The notes under the pieces are model-generated. The model searched no databases and was not told the origin of the DNA. It was given only the letters and a program-made list of their open reading frames with translations. DNA of 7,855 nt, taken from IMG/VR virus record IMGVR_UViG_2537561859_000010, one strand, 5' to 3'. Positions 1-6,890 of this stretch are shown here, one piece after another. The number at the start of each line of letters is the position of its first letter. Positions within the stretch are counted from its first letter, which is position 1. A program made the translations under genes and the position numbers. The stretch comes from a virus. Taxonomy: Duplodnaviria > Heunggongvirae > Uroviricota > Caudoviricetes.

Positions 1-80
1 AGATCAGTGAAGGTAATTTAAAAACGGTTCTGTGAAAGTGACACGAACCGATCTCCATCGATGTTACTCACCGATCTCCT

Positions 81-587
81 TCACGGTAATACGCAGTCAT
101 CCACAGAAGCCGCGTCAGGCCTGAATCCGATAGTCGTTAAAATGTCGCTATCCTGTGCGGAATAATTAATTTTTTCACCCTTCGCAAGCCAGGACAGGAG
201 GGCTTCACGCAGGGCATCTGTGGCACGCTGTATGGCACAGTTTCGGGCAATGGCCGTCAGCTCACTGTAGCCCATCAGCTCCGGTGCCAGTGCCGCCGCC
301 AGTGCTGTGCCGTGCTGCTGCATAAAATCATTCAGCCGGTCGCGGATGCTGATGTGCTGAACGGCTTCATGCGAACGAATATAACGACCGGCGGCCTGAT
401 TCACCTGCCATTTTCTGACTTCGATAATATTGCGTAATTCGTCCAGGCGGCTGACGTTTCTGCCTTCTCCTGACAGAAGCCGCAGATATTCCTGTTCGGC
501 CGCTGCCAGCTCATTTTTGCGTTGCAGCCATGCTGCTTTGTTATTCTGACAGGTGTCAAAGGCCTGCTGTAAGGCTGTGCTTTCCAT
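81..587 (-). CDS. psu: Psu (polarity suppression / capsid decoration protein, Rho antagonist); ORF ends at an in-frame TGA after 168 codons
   Basis: 168-aa ORF starting MESTALQQAFDTCQNNKAAWLQRK, which I recognise as the P4 Psu N-terminus. It lies last in a same-strand sid-delta-psu array. ATG at 585-587 is preceded by a purine-rich SD-like GAGAAAGAG. The stop TGA (81-83) is followed in frame by 21 sense codons to TAA at 18-20. Confidence 0.8.
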   Translation of the reverse strand: MESTALQQAFDTCQNNKAAWLQRKNELAAAEQEYLRLLSGEGRNVSRLDELRNIIEVRKWQVNQAAGRYIRSHEAVQHISIRDRLNDFMQQHGTALAAALAPELMGYSELTAIARNCAIQRATDALREALLSWLAKGEKINYSAQDSDILTTIGFRPDAASVDDCVLP

Positions 588-660
588 CGTTATCTCTTTC
601 TCATCATGCTGAAGAATAAAAATACGGTGTGCGGCGACGGCCGGGGTTAACCGGCAGCCC

Positions 661-1161
661 TCATTCCAGACGCAGCGAATATGATTGTGTTTTTAACCGT
701 ACTGGCGGCAGTTCCTGTTTTTCATGCAGGCGTTCTGCCAGTTCGTCCGGCGTGACCGGGCGGACAATGAAGCGGGTGATGGTCTGAAGCGTTTTAAACA
801 CCAGACCACAGCCCGGATCCGTGCACACATAAAAACGCTCGGTGACTTCCTGAGACAGACGCCGCGATGTTCTTGACAGTGCAAGGCCTTTACATCTCCG
901 ACAACAATATCCGGTAACAAGCATTCTTTTCGGGCGTTTCATACTGCCGGAGGCCGACGTCAGTGAATCGCGGTATCTCTGTTTGCCTGAAATGTATTCC
1001 ATTCCTGAATCTTTACTGTCAGAGAAAAAGCTTTCACTCGCTTCAAATGTCGCAGAGCAATAAATATTCCGGCACTGTGCAATCATTATCTTGGTGCCAT
1101 CGTCCATGAAATGTGCGCGACGGGTGTGAGCAACATGTCCACACGACGGGCAGTAAATCAT
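661..1161 (-). CDS. delta: Delta late-gene transcriptional activator (tandem Ogr-type zinc-finger protein)
   Basis: 166 aa with two Ogr-like halves, each carrying a Cys cluster (CPSCGHVAH...CRNIYCSATF and CCRRCKGLA...CTDPGCGLVF). Size and tandem architecture match P4 Delta. Its ATG (1159-1161) overlaps the sid stop as ATGA. Confidence 0.88.
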   Translation of the reverse strand: MIYCPSCGHVAHTRRAHFMDDGTKIMIAQCRNIYCSATFEASESFFSDSKDSGMEYISGKQRYRDSLTSASGSMKRPKRMLVTGYCCRRCKGLALSRTSRRLSQEVTERFYVCTDPGCGLVFKTLQTITRFIVRPVTPDELAERLHEKQELPPVRLKTQSYSLRLE

Positions 1162-1892
1162 GACAGCAGTCCTCTGGCCTTAAGCTCTGCTCCCTGCTGG
1201 TCTATTTTGTCCTGCCACACCTTGCGCTGTGCCGGTGTGCCTGCCACCTCATAATCCATGTGCGGGAGTGTTGCCGCTGACAGTCCGGTCAGCCGGAGAA
1301 CCGGCTCGCCGGTGAGGCTGATTTGCATCTGTTTAATTTTCTGTTCCAGCGATGATTTCACCTGCTGCATGACAGCTTTATCGGGTGCGACGTAGCCCTG
1401 ATGCCCGGTGGTGTTGGCGAGCGGATTTTCCTGTACCAGGATACTCAGATGCATTGCCCGGACAAGCGCCTCACAGGTTTCATTCAGGGCGTGTTCCAGC
1501 TCATGCTCTGCATACAGACTCAGCAGGTGATGATGTGCCTTCCGGTAGGCGGTGGCCGTGCTGTCACACGCCCCTTTCAGGCGTTCACGTTCGAAATTCA
1601 GCACCACGGCCAGATTGTCATATTCCTGTACCAGCTCCCGGCGTGCCACGCGCTCAATGTGGCGCTGTTTCAGCTCGTCGCTCAGGACACCACCGGCTGC
1701 ACGAAAGGCCGTGCGCCAGTCGTCAGCGTCGTTTCCGTCGGCCTGCGCCAGCGCATTTTTTTCCTGCTCTGCCCGTTCAATGGCCGTGACGGTCTCATCC
1801 ATCAGGCGGGCGTTCTCAAGGTGGGCGGCTCTGGCCTTTTCCAGTTGTGCCAGTGCGGGTTGCAGATATTCAGGGATGGTGTTGTCAGACAT
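1158..1892 (-). CDS. sid: Sid external scaffold / capsid size-determination protein
   Basis: Using the ATG at 1890-1892 (SD GAGGAG 8 nt upstream) gives 244 aa, starting MSDNTIPEYLQ. The protein is alpha-helical, charged and Ala/Glu/Leu-rich. It is first in the late operon, directly downstream of a TGT-N12-ACA site. The ORF-track start at 1958 lacks an SD and would overrun the promoter. Confidence 0.82.
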   Translation of the reverse strand: MSDNTIPEYLQPALAQLEKARAAHLENARLMDETVTAIERAEQEKNALAQADGNDADDWRTAFRAAGGVLSDELKQRHIERVARRELVQEYDNLAVVLNFERERLKGACDSTATAYRKAHHHLLSLYAEHELEHALNETCEALVRAMHLSILVQENPLANTTGHQGYVAPDKAVMQQVKSSLEQKIKQMQISLTGEPVLRLTGLSAATLPHMDYEVAGTPAQRKVWQDKIDQQGAELKARGLLS

Positions 1893-1964
1893 TTTCCGGC
1901 TCCTCGTCACTTCAGGTTGAGAAAATTGTGACGTACACCGGACAACAACACGACGCATTGCAGA

Positions 1965-1982
1965 TGTGCCAGCCCTGACACA
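1965..1982 (-). promoter_or_regulatory. P_sid late promoter activator site (Ogr/Delta-type TGT-N12-ACA dyad)
   Basis: TGTGCCAGCCCTGACACA is TGT-N12-ACA, centred about 80 bp upstream of the sid ATG. That placement fits the roughly -55 activator site of P2/P4 late promoters. No good -35 element is present, as expected for an activator-dependent promoter. Confidence 0.6.
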
Positions 1983-2061
1983 GGAGACTCATCCTCAGAC
2001 CGGCAAGCCAGGAAAAGGTCGCAGGAAAAACCGGCTTACTGTTTGTTTTTTTATATTTTAC

Positions 2062-2175
2062 TGTTCACCTCTGTTCACCATAAGAAAAAAGATAAGCAAT
2101 ACAGTAAGTTAAAGGGTGAACAATCGCAGTAATGACTGTTCACCGTCTGTTCACCACTGTTCACCACTGTTCACC
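2062..2175. repeat. Iteron cluster (six direct TGTTCACC octamers plus one inverted copy), consistent with P4 ori1
   Basis: TGTTCACC at 2062-2069, 2072-2079, 2137-2144, 2148-2155, 2158-2165, 2168-2175, and GGTGAACA at 2115-2122. An AT-rich tract follows (2181-2270). The same octamer recurs in the crr repeats downstream of alpha, about 4.8 kb away. Confidence 0.7.
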
Positions 2176-2311
2176 CGTTGATGGGCTTTTTGTGCTGTTT
2201 ATTACTTTTTATTTTTATTAATTCACTGAAATAAATAAGAAAAAACAATTTGTATTTCACTATAATTTTTTCCAGCCCCTTCCAGAGCGTTTTAAAGCTA
2301 TCTGGCGCTGA

Positions 2312-2328
2312 TGTGCAAAAAATACACA
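2312..2328 (+). promoter_or_regulatory. Candidate P_LL activator site (Delta-type dyad, TGT-N11-ACA)
   Basis: ATGTGCAAAAAATACACAG shares the ATGTGC...ACACAG arms of the P_sid site but with a spacer 1 nt shorter. It sits about 130 bp upstream of vis and about 415-450 bp upstream of the putative P_LE. Confidence 0.4.
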
Positions 2329-2453
2329 GCCATTGTAAGACAGCCTGAACAAATCCCCCCTGTTGCGTCTGCTGAAAATATTCACAAAATAAAGCGCTAC
2401 CCGAAGCCGGACGGACTTATCCGGTGCTGTATGGACATTAACGAGGTAGCCCG

Positions 2454-2720
2454 ATGCAAGCTGTTTTTTCTTCCCCGTCTCCCGCTCCTGTAACGCCACT
2501 GATTCCGCTGCCGGACATCACGCAGGAGCGTTTTTTACGTCTGCCGGAAGTGATGCACCTGTGCGGCCTGTCACGCTCGACCATCTATGAACTCATCCGT
2601 AAGGGGGAATTTCCGCCGCAGGTGAGTCTTGGCGGTAAAAATGTGGCCTGGCTGCACTCTGAAGTCACTGCATGGATGGCCGGGCGCATTGCCGGACGCA
2701 AACGGGGGTACGACGCATGA
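2454..2720 (+). CDS. vis: Vis / AlpA-family helix-turn-helix DNA-binding regulator (excisionase-like)
   Basis: 88 aa with an AlpA-like motif ([48 protein letters not shown]). SD GAGG lies 8 nt upstream of the ATG. It is the first gene of the rightward operon. Confidence 0.8.
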   Translation: MQAVFSSPSPAPVTPLIPLPDITQERFLRLPEVMHLCGLSRSTIYELIRKGEFPPQVSLGGKNVAWLHSEVTAWMAGRIAGRKRGYDA

Positions 2721-3307
2721 TGATGCCTGTTCTGCAAAAACTCCCTTTTTCTGGCTTGCCTTTTTCCGGCATTTGCGGATATAGTTTTTCCGCTGCCGCA
2801 AAATCGGCAGCCGGGCGTGAGAACCCGTGTAACTCGAAGGCGACATATGACGCGCCATGCGTCTTTTTTTGTGTCGCAATCAACGCCACAGAGCGCCAGA
2901 TTATGGTGTGGCGTGTGGTTTGCCGTGCAGGTATGATCCTGTTCGCAATCACATGTTATGCCACTGAGTCAATGGTAGCTCAGGCGGGGCAGCCTCCGGG
3001 CTGGCCGGTATTCTTCGAGGCCGGTATTCTCACCCCCGTCTGGGCTATCGCCATCGAGCGTGAGAACTCCGGCGATAGCAGTTATTTGCTACTCGAAGGA
3101 GGCTGCCTTATGGCTACAACCCTTACCCCCTCACACCCTGAATTTGTCTTTGTGTTTGCCGCTGTCCGTCGCGCAGACCGTCATCCCCGTATCTGCATGC
3201 TTCGCACCGTCGCCGGTGATGAACGCAGTGCCCGCCGTTCCCTTGTCCGTGACTATGTGCTCTCCCTTGCTGCCCGTCTGCCGGTGATGGGGGTGTCCCG
3301 TGCGTAA
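2717..3307 (+). CDS. eta: Eta (long ORF containing kil in frame; translated only from upstream P_LL transcripts)
   Basis: Three consecutive ATGs (2717, 2720, 2723) preceded by GGGGG; the first overlaps the vis stop as ATGA. The frame stays open through the putative P_LE and leader to the kil stop. This matches the published nested eta/kil arrangement in P4. The N-terminal part has odd composition, so real translation is uncertain. Confidence 0.55.
   Translation: MMMPVLQKLPFSGLPFSGICGYSFSAAAKSAAGRENPCNSKATYDAPCVFFCVAINATERQIMVWRVVCRAGMILFAITCYATESMVAQAGQPPGWPVFFEAGILTPVWAIAIERENSGDSSYLLLEGGCLMATTLTPSHPEFVFVFAAVRRADRHPRICMLRTVAGDERSARRSLVRDYVLSLAARLPVMGVSRA
2756..2785 (+). promoter_or_regulatory. 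Candidate P_LE sigma70 promoter (TTGCCT - 18 bp - TATAGT)
   Basis: -35-like TTGCCT (2756-2761) and -10-like TATAGT (2780-2785). A 7-bp stem-loop (2792-2811) sits at the predicted transcript start. The position is about 320 nt upstream of kil. Confidence 0.4.
2978..3045 (+). ncRNA. Candidate CI-like immunity RNA in the P_LE leader (boundaries approximate)
   Basis: A 12-bp stem (2978-2989 pairing with 3034-3045, two G-U pairs) encloses about 44 nt. The enclosed segment carries tandem GGCCGGTATTCT repeats whose CTTCGAG and TTCTCAC cores are complementary to repeated GTGAGAA / CTCGAAG elements upstream (2815-2840) and at the kil SD (3058-3099). Inferred from structure only. Confidence 0.3.
3110..3307 (+). 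CDS. kil: Kil (65-aa protein, nested in frame at the 3' end of eta)
   Basis: ATG at 3110 with strong SD GAAGGAGG 7 nt upstream. 65 codons, matching the published size of P4 kil, and it shares the eta stop. Confidence 0.7.
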   Translation: MATTLTPSHPEFVFVFAAVRRADRHPRICMLRTVAGDERSARRSLVRDYVLSLAARLPVMGVSRA

Positions 3308-3587
3308 TAAAAAAGCCCCTCAGACCGTCTCAGCGCGTCATGACGCCCGTGAACACCTCAGCATTGAGGCTTACCATAAGCTCAACCGCGCCAGCGCCGT
3401 ATCCCAGTTTGTTGGGGGTGATTTGATTCACCGTGAACTCTCCGGCCTGCATCAGCTCTACATTCCGCATATTTTCAGCTACCTGAATGAGGATATTGAT
3501 TTTGTGCTGAATGAGCTGAAAGCCAAAGGCCTGTGCCGTGATTTTCTCGCCCAGCAGAAAGACCGGGGAGACAAGACGCATGTTTGA
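3300..3587 (+). CDS. epsilon: Epsilon-like protein (P4 derepressor of helper prophage), 95 aa from a GTG start
   Basis: The ORF has no internal Met, so it starts at GTG 3300 (G-rich SD-like run upstream), overlapping the kil stop. Its position between kil and orf151 matches the P4 left operon. Product assignment is by position and size. Confidence 0.6.
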   Translation: MRNKKAPQTVSARHDAREHLSIEAYHKLNRASAVSQFVGGDLIHRELSGLHQLYIPHIFSYLNEDIDFVLNELKAKGLCRDFLAQQKDRGDKTHV

Positions 3588-4035
3588 TTTTCCCCAGCCC
3601 GGTGAGATTTACCGTTCTGCCGGTTTTCCCGATGTGGCCGTGGTCGGCATTCTGGAAGACGGTATTCCGTGGGAAATGCCGTACCGCTGCCCGGATATTG
3701 TCTGGAACCCGTACCGCCGTAAATTCAGTATCCTTGTGCGTATCCTCGCTGACGGACGCACCACAGACATCCCGCTGGGGCGTTTTCTGCGGGAATTTAC
3801 CTGTGACCGTCCTGACCTGTTTAAACGCAGCCCCGTAAACCGGCATGCGGTACTGAAAGAAATGGCCGGAGACCCGGAATTACAGAAATGGCGGGAGAAA
3901 TATCTGGATATTTACCCGCAGGCCCCTGTTCCGGTCAGCCGGGCGGCACCGGTGGCGCGGGAATGGCGGGAAATTCCCCGCACGGAGTCTGACCCGGAAA
4001 TCACCCCGGATAACAGTTACCGCAATTATCTGTAA
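3580..4035 (+). CDS. Orf151-like hypothetical protein (P4 left operon)
   Basis: ATG at 3580 gives exactly 151 aa and overlaps the epsilon stop (ATGTTTGA). GGGGAG lies upstream. The GTG at 3538 offered by the ORF track has no SD. Confidence 0.65.
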   Translation: MFDFPQPGEIYRSAGFPDVAVVGILEDGIPWEMPYRCPDIVWNPYRRKFSILVRILADGRTTDIPLGRFLREFTCDRPDLFKRSPVNRHAVLKEMAGDPELQKWREKYLDIYPQAPVPVSRAAPVAREWREIPRTESDPEITPDNSYRNYL

Positions 4036-4170
4036 TTAGAAAACGACACCCGAAAAATTAAATGTGCGTATTCGCGCAGGGATACGCACGTCTTCAGGAG
4101 ACGCAGATATGCCTTATCAGTTAATGCAACCGGCACGGAATGCAGTCATCTGTTACAGGGAGGAAAACAA

Positions 4171-4491
4171 ATGAAAACACCCTTACCGCCCGTCTTACGC
4201 GCTGCCCTTTACCGTCGCGCTGTCGCCTGTGCCTGGCTGACCGTGTGCGAACGTCAGCACCGCTACCCGCATCTCACCCTTGAGTCACTGGAAGCGGCCA
4301 TCGCCGCTGAGCTGGAAGGCTTTTATCTGCGCCAGCACGGTGAGGAAAAAGGGCGTCAGATAGCCTGTGCCCTGCTGGAAGATTTAATGGAATCCGGCCC
4401 CCTGAAGGCCGCGCCGTCGCTGTCCTTTCTCGGGCTGGTTGTGATGGATGAACTCTGTGCCCGTCACATAAAAGCGCCGGTACTGCACTGA
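4171..4491 (+). CDS. cnr: Cnr-like copy-number regulator (106 aa)
   Basis: 106 aa immediately upstream of alpha, with SD GGGAGG 8 nt before the ATG. Size and position match P4 cnr (orf106). Confidence 0.65.
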
Positions 4492-4505
4492 AGGAGAACA
4501 ACACC

Positions 4506-6839
4506 ATGAAAATGAACGTAACCGCCACCGTCAGCCATGCGCTCGGCCACTGGCCGCGTATCCTCCCGGCGCTGGGGATTCAGGTGCTGAAAAACCGTCA
4601 TCAGCCCTGTCCGGTCTGTGGCGGGAGTGACCGCTTCCGTTTTGATGACAGGGAGGGGCGCGGCACCTGGTACTGCAATCAGTGTGGTGCCGGTGACGGC
4701 CTGAAACTGGTTGAAAAGGTGTTTGGTGTTTCCCCGTCCGACGCGGCCGCAAAGGTGGCTGCCGTGACCGGCTGCCTGCCCCCGGCTGACCCGGCAGTGA
4801 CGGCCGCCGCCGGTGCTGAAACAGAAGCCGCCCGGAAGAACGCCGCCGCACTGGCACAAACCCTGATGGCGAAAACCCGTCCCGGAACCGGTAACGCCTA
4901 CCTGACCCGCAAGGGCTTTCCCGGCCGGGAATGCCGGATGCTGACCGGCACACACAGAGCCGGTGGCGTGAGCTGGCGCGCCGGTGATCTTGTGGTGCCA
5001 CTGTATGACGACAGCGGCGAACTGGTTAACCTTCAGTTAATCAGTGCTGACGGCCGTAAGCGCACCCTGAAAGGCGGACAGGTCAGGGGTACCTGTCACA
5101 CCCTTGAAGGACAGAATCAGGCCGGAAAACGTCTGTGGATAGCGGAGGGATACGCGACCGCACTTACCGTGCATCACCTGACCGGTGAAACGGTGATGGT
5201 GGCGCTTTCTTCCGTGAACCTCCTTTCTCTGGCCAGCCTTGCCCGGCAGAAGCATCCGGCCTGTCAGATTGTCTTTGCTGCTGACCGTGACCTCAGCGGT
5301 GACGGCCAGAAAAAAGCCGCCGCAGCCGCAGATGCGTGTGAAGGTGTTGTTGCCCTGCCGCCGGTCTTCGGTGACTGGAATGATGCCTTCACGCAGTACG
5401 GCGGGGGGGCCACCCGTAAGGCCATTTATGATGCCATCCGGCCACCGGCTGAAAGCCCGTTCGACACCATGAGCGAAGCGGAGTTTTCCGCCATGAGTAC
5501 CAGCGAAAAGGCCATGCGTATCTATGAGCATTACGGCGAGGCGCTCGCGGTCGATGCCAACGGCCAGCTTCTGTCCCGCTATGAAAATGGTGTCTGGAAG
5601 GTGCTGCCGCCACAGGACTTTGCCCGGGATGTGGCCGGGCTGTTTCAGCGTCTGCGCGCGCCGTTCTCCTCCGGGAAGGTGGCCTCCGTGGTGGACACCC
5701 TGAAGCTGATTATTCCGCAGCAGGAAGCCCCCTCCCGCCGCCTGATTGGCTTTCGTAACGGCGTGCTCGACACGCAGAACGGCACGTTCCACCCGCACAG
5801 TCCGTCACACTGGATGCGCACCCTGTGCGATGTGGATTTCACCCCGCCGGTGGACGGTGAAACGCTGGAGACCCACGCCCCCGCGTTCTGGCGCTGGCTT
5901 GACCGTGCCGCCGGTGGCCGTGCGGAAAAACGCGACGTGATTCTGGCCGCACTGTTTATGGTGCTGGCAAACCGCTACGACTGGCAGCTCTTTCTGGAGG
6001 TGACCGGTCCCGGCGGCAGCGGCAAAAGTATCATGGCCGAAATAGCCACCCTGCTGGCCGGTGAGGATAACGCCACGTCGGCCACCATTGAGACGCTGGA
6101 ATCCCCGCGTGAACGTGCCGCGTTAACTGGCTTCTCACTGATACGCCTGCCGGACCAGGAAAAATGGAGCGGCGACGGAGCCGGACTCAAGGCCATCACC
6201 GGCGGCGATGCGGTGTCCGTTGACCCGAAATACCGGGATGCGTACTCCACGCACATCCCGGCGGTGATTCTGGCCGTGAACAATAACCCGATGCGCTTCA
6301 CCGACCGCAGCGGCGGCGTGTCACGCCGGCGGGTGATTATTCACTTCCCGGAACAGATAGCCCCGCAGGAGCGCGACCCGCAGCTTAAGGACAAAATCAC
6401 CCGCGAGCTGGCGGTCATCGTGCGTCACCTGATGCAGAAGTTCAGCGACCCGATGCTCGCCCGGTCACTGCTTCAGTCCCAGCAGAACTCAGACGAGGCA
6501 CTGAACATCAAACGGGATACCGACCCGACGTTTGATTTTATCGGCTATCTGGAAACCCTGCCGCAGACCAGCGGCATGTATATGGGGAACGCCAGTATCA
6601 TCCCGCGTAATTACCGTAAATACCTCTATCACGCCTATCTGGCCTACATGGAGGCAAACGGCTACCGGAATGTACTCAGTCTGAAAATGTTCGGGCTGGG
6701 GCTGCCGGTGATGCTGAAGGAATACGGACTGAATTACGAGAAGCGCCATACCAAACAGGGGATACAGACCAACCTGACGCTGAAAGAGGAAAGCTACGGC
6801 GACTGGCTGCCAAAATGTGACGACCCTGCAACAACCTGA
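4506..6839 (+). CDS. alpha: Alpha primase-helicase replication protein (zinc-binding primase, Toprim, P-loop helicase, C-terminal origin-binding region)
   Basis: 777 aa. N-terminal CPVCGGSDRFRFDDREGRGTWYCNQC zinc motif. Walker A GPGGSGKS at about aa 500. SD AAGGAG 8 nt upstream. Followed by a terminator and by TGTTCACC iteron repeats. Length matches P4 alpha. Confidence 0.93.
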   Translation: MKMNVTATVSHALGHWPRILPALGIQVLKNRHQPCPVCGGSDRFRFDDREGRGTWYCNQCGAGDGLKLVEKVFGVSPSDAAAKVAAVTGCLPPADPAVTAAAGAETEAARKNAAALAQTLMAKTRPGTGNAYLTRKGFPGRECRMLTGTHRAGGVSWRAGDLVVPLYDDSGELVNLQLISADGRKRTLKGGQVRGTCHTLEGQNQAGKRLWIAEGYATALTVHHLTGETVMVALSSVNLLSLASLARQKHPACQIVFAADRDLSGDGQKKAAAAADACEGVVALPPVFGDWNDAFTQYGGGATRKAIYDAIRPPAESPFDTMSEAEFSAMSTSEKAMRIYEHYGEALAVDANGQLLSRYENGVWKVLPPQDFARDVAGLFQRLRAPFSSGKVASVVDTLKLIIPQQEAPSRRLIGFRNGVLDTQNGTFHPHSPSHWMRTLCDVDFTPPVDGETLETHAPAFWRWLDRAAGGRAEKRDVILAALFMVLANRYDWQLFLEVTGPGGSGKSIMAEIATLLAGEDNATSATIETLESPRERAALTGFSLIRLPDQEKWSGDGAGLKAITGGDAVSVDPKYRDAYSTHIPAVILAVNNNPMRFTDRSGGVSRRRVIIHFPEQIAPQERDPQLKDKITRELAVIVRHLMQKFSDPMLARSLLQSQQNSDEALNIKRDTDPTFDFIGYLETLPQTSGMYMGNASIIPRNYRKYLYHAYLAYMEANGYRNVLSLKMFGLGLPVMLKEYGLNYEKRHTKQGIQTNLTLKEESYGDWLPKCDDPATT

Positions 6840-6846
6840 CCCACCT

Positions 6847-6872
6847 GACCGGCATCTGCCGGTCTTTTTTTT
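6847..6872 (+). terminator. Rho-independent terminator downstream of alpha
   Basis: GACCGGC-ATCT-GCCGGTC (7-bp GC-rich stem) followed by eight T residues, starting 8 nt after the alpha stop. Confidence 0.8.
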
Positions 6873-6890
6873 ATCCCGACCTCCCCCGAA

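Noticed and set aside
693-920. 75-aa minus-strand ORF inside delta in another frame
   Set aside because: Embedded in the delta CDS, which has clear Ogr-type zinc-finger features; no independent start signal.
1385-1931. Plus-strand ORFs 1385-1789, 1401-1931 and 1552-1920 antisense to sid
   Set aside because: They lie fully within the well-supported sid CDS on the opposite strand, have no SD, and have Arg/Pro/Ser-rich composition typical of antisense frames in GC-rich coding DNA.
2260-2499. ORFs 2260-2499 (-) and 2311-2493 (+) in the control region
   Set aside because: They overlap the putative P_LL site and the vis start, have no SD, and have low-complexity translations. The region is better explained as promoter and leader.
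2672-2716. ATG at 2672 as the eta start (211-aa version)
   Set aside because: It lies inside the vis coding sequence without an SD. The ATG triplet at 2717-2725, preceded by GGGGG and overlapping the vis stop, is the more plausible start.
2571-2952. Minus-strand ORFs 2571-2879 and 2665-2952
   Set aside because: Antisense to vis/eta and the P_LE leader; no ribosome-binding sites; unlikely to be coding.
3538-3579. GTG at 3538 as the start of orf151 (165-aa version)
   Set aside because: No SD. The ATG at 3580 overlaps the epsilon stop and gives exactly 151 aa, the size expected for this P4 gene.
3060-3846. ORFs 3060-3287 (+), 3330-3581 (-), 3475-3846 (-) and 3584-3838 (+)
   Set aside because: Alternative-frame or antisense ORFs overlapping kil, epsilon and orf151; none has a start context as good as the annotated frames.
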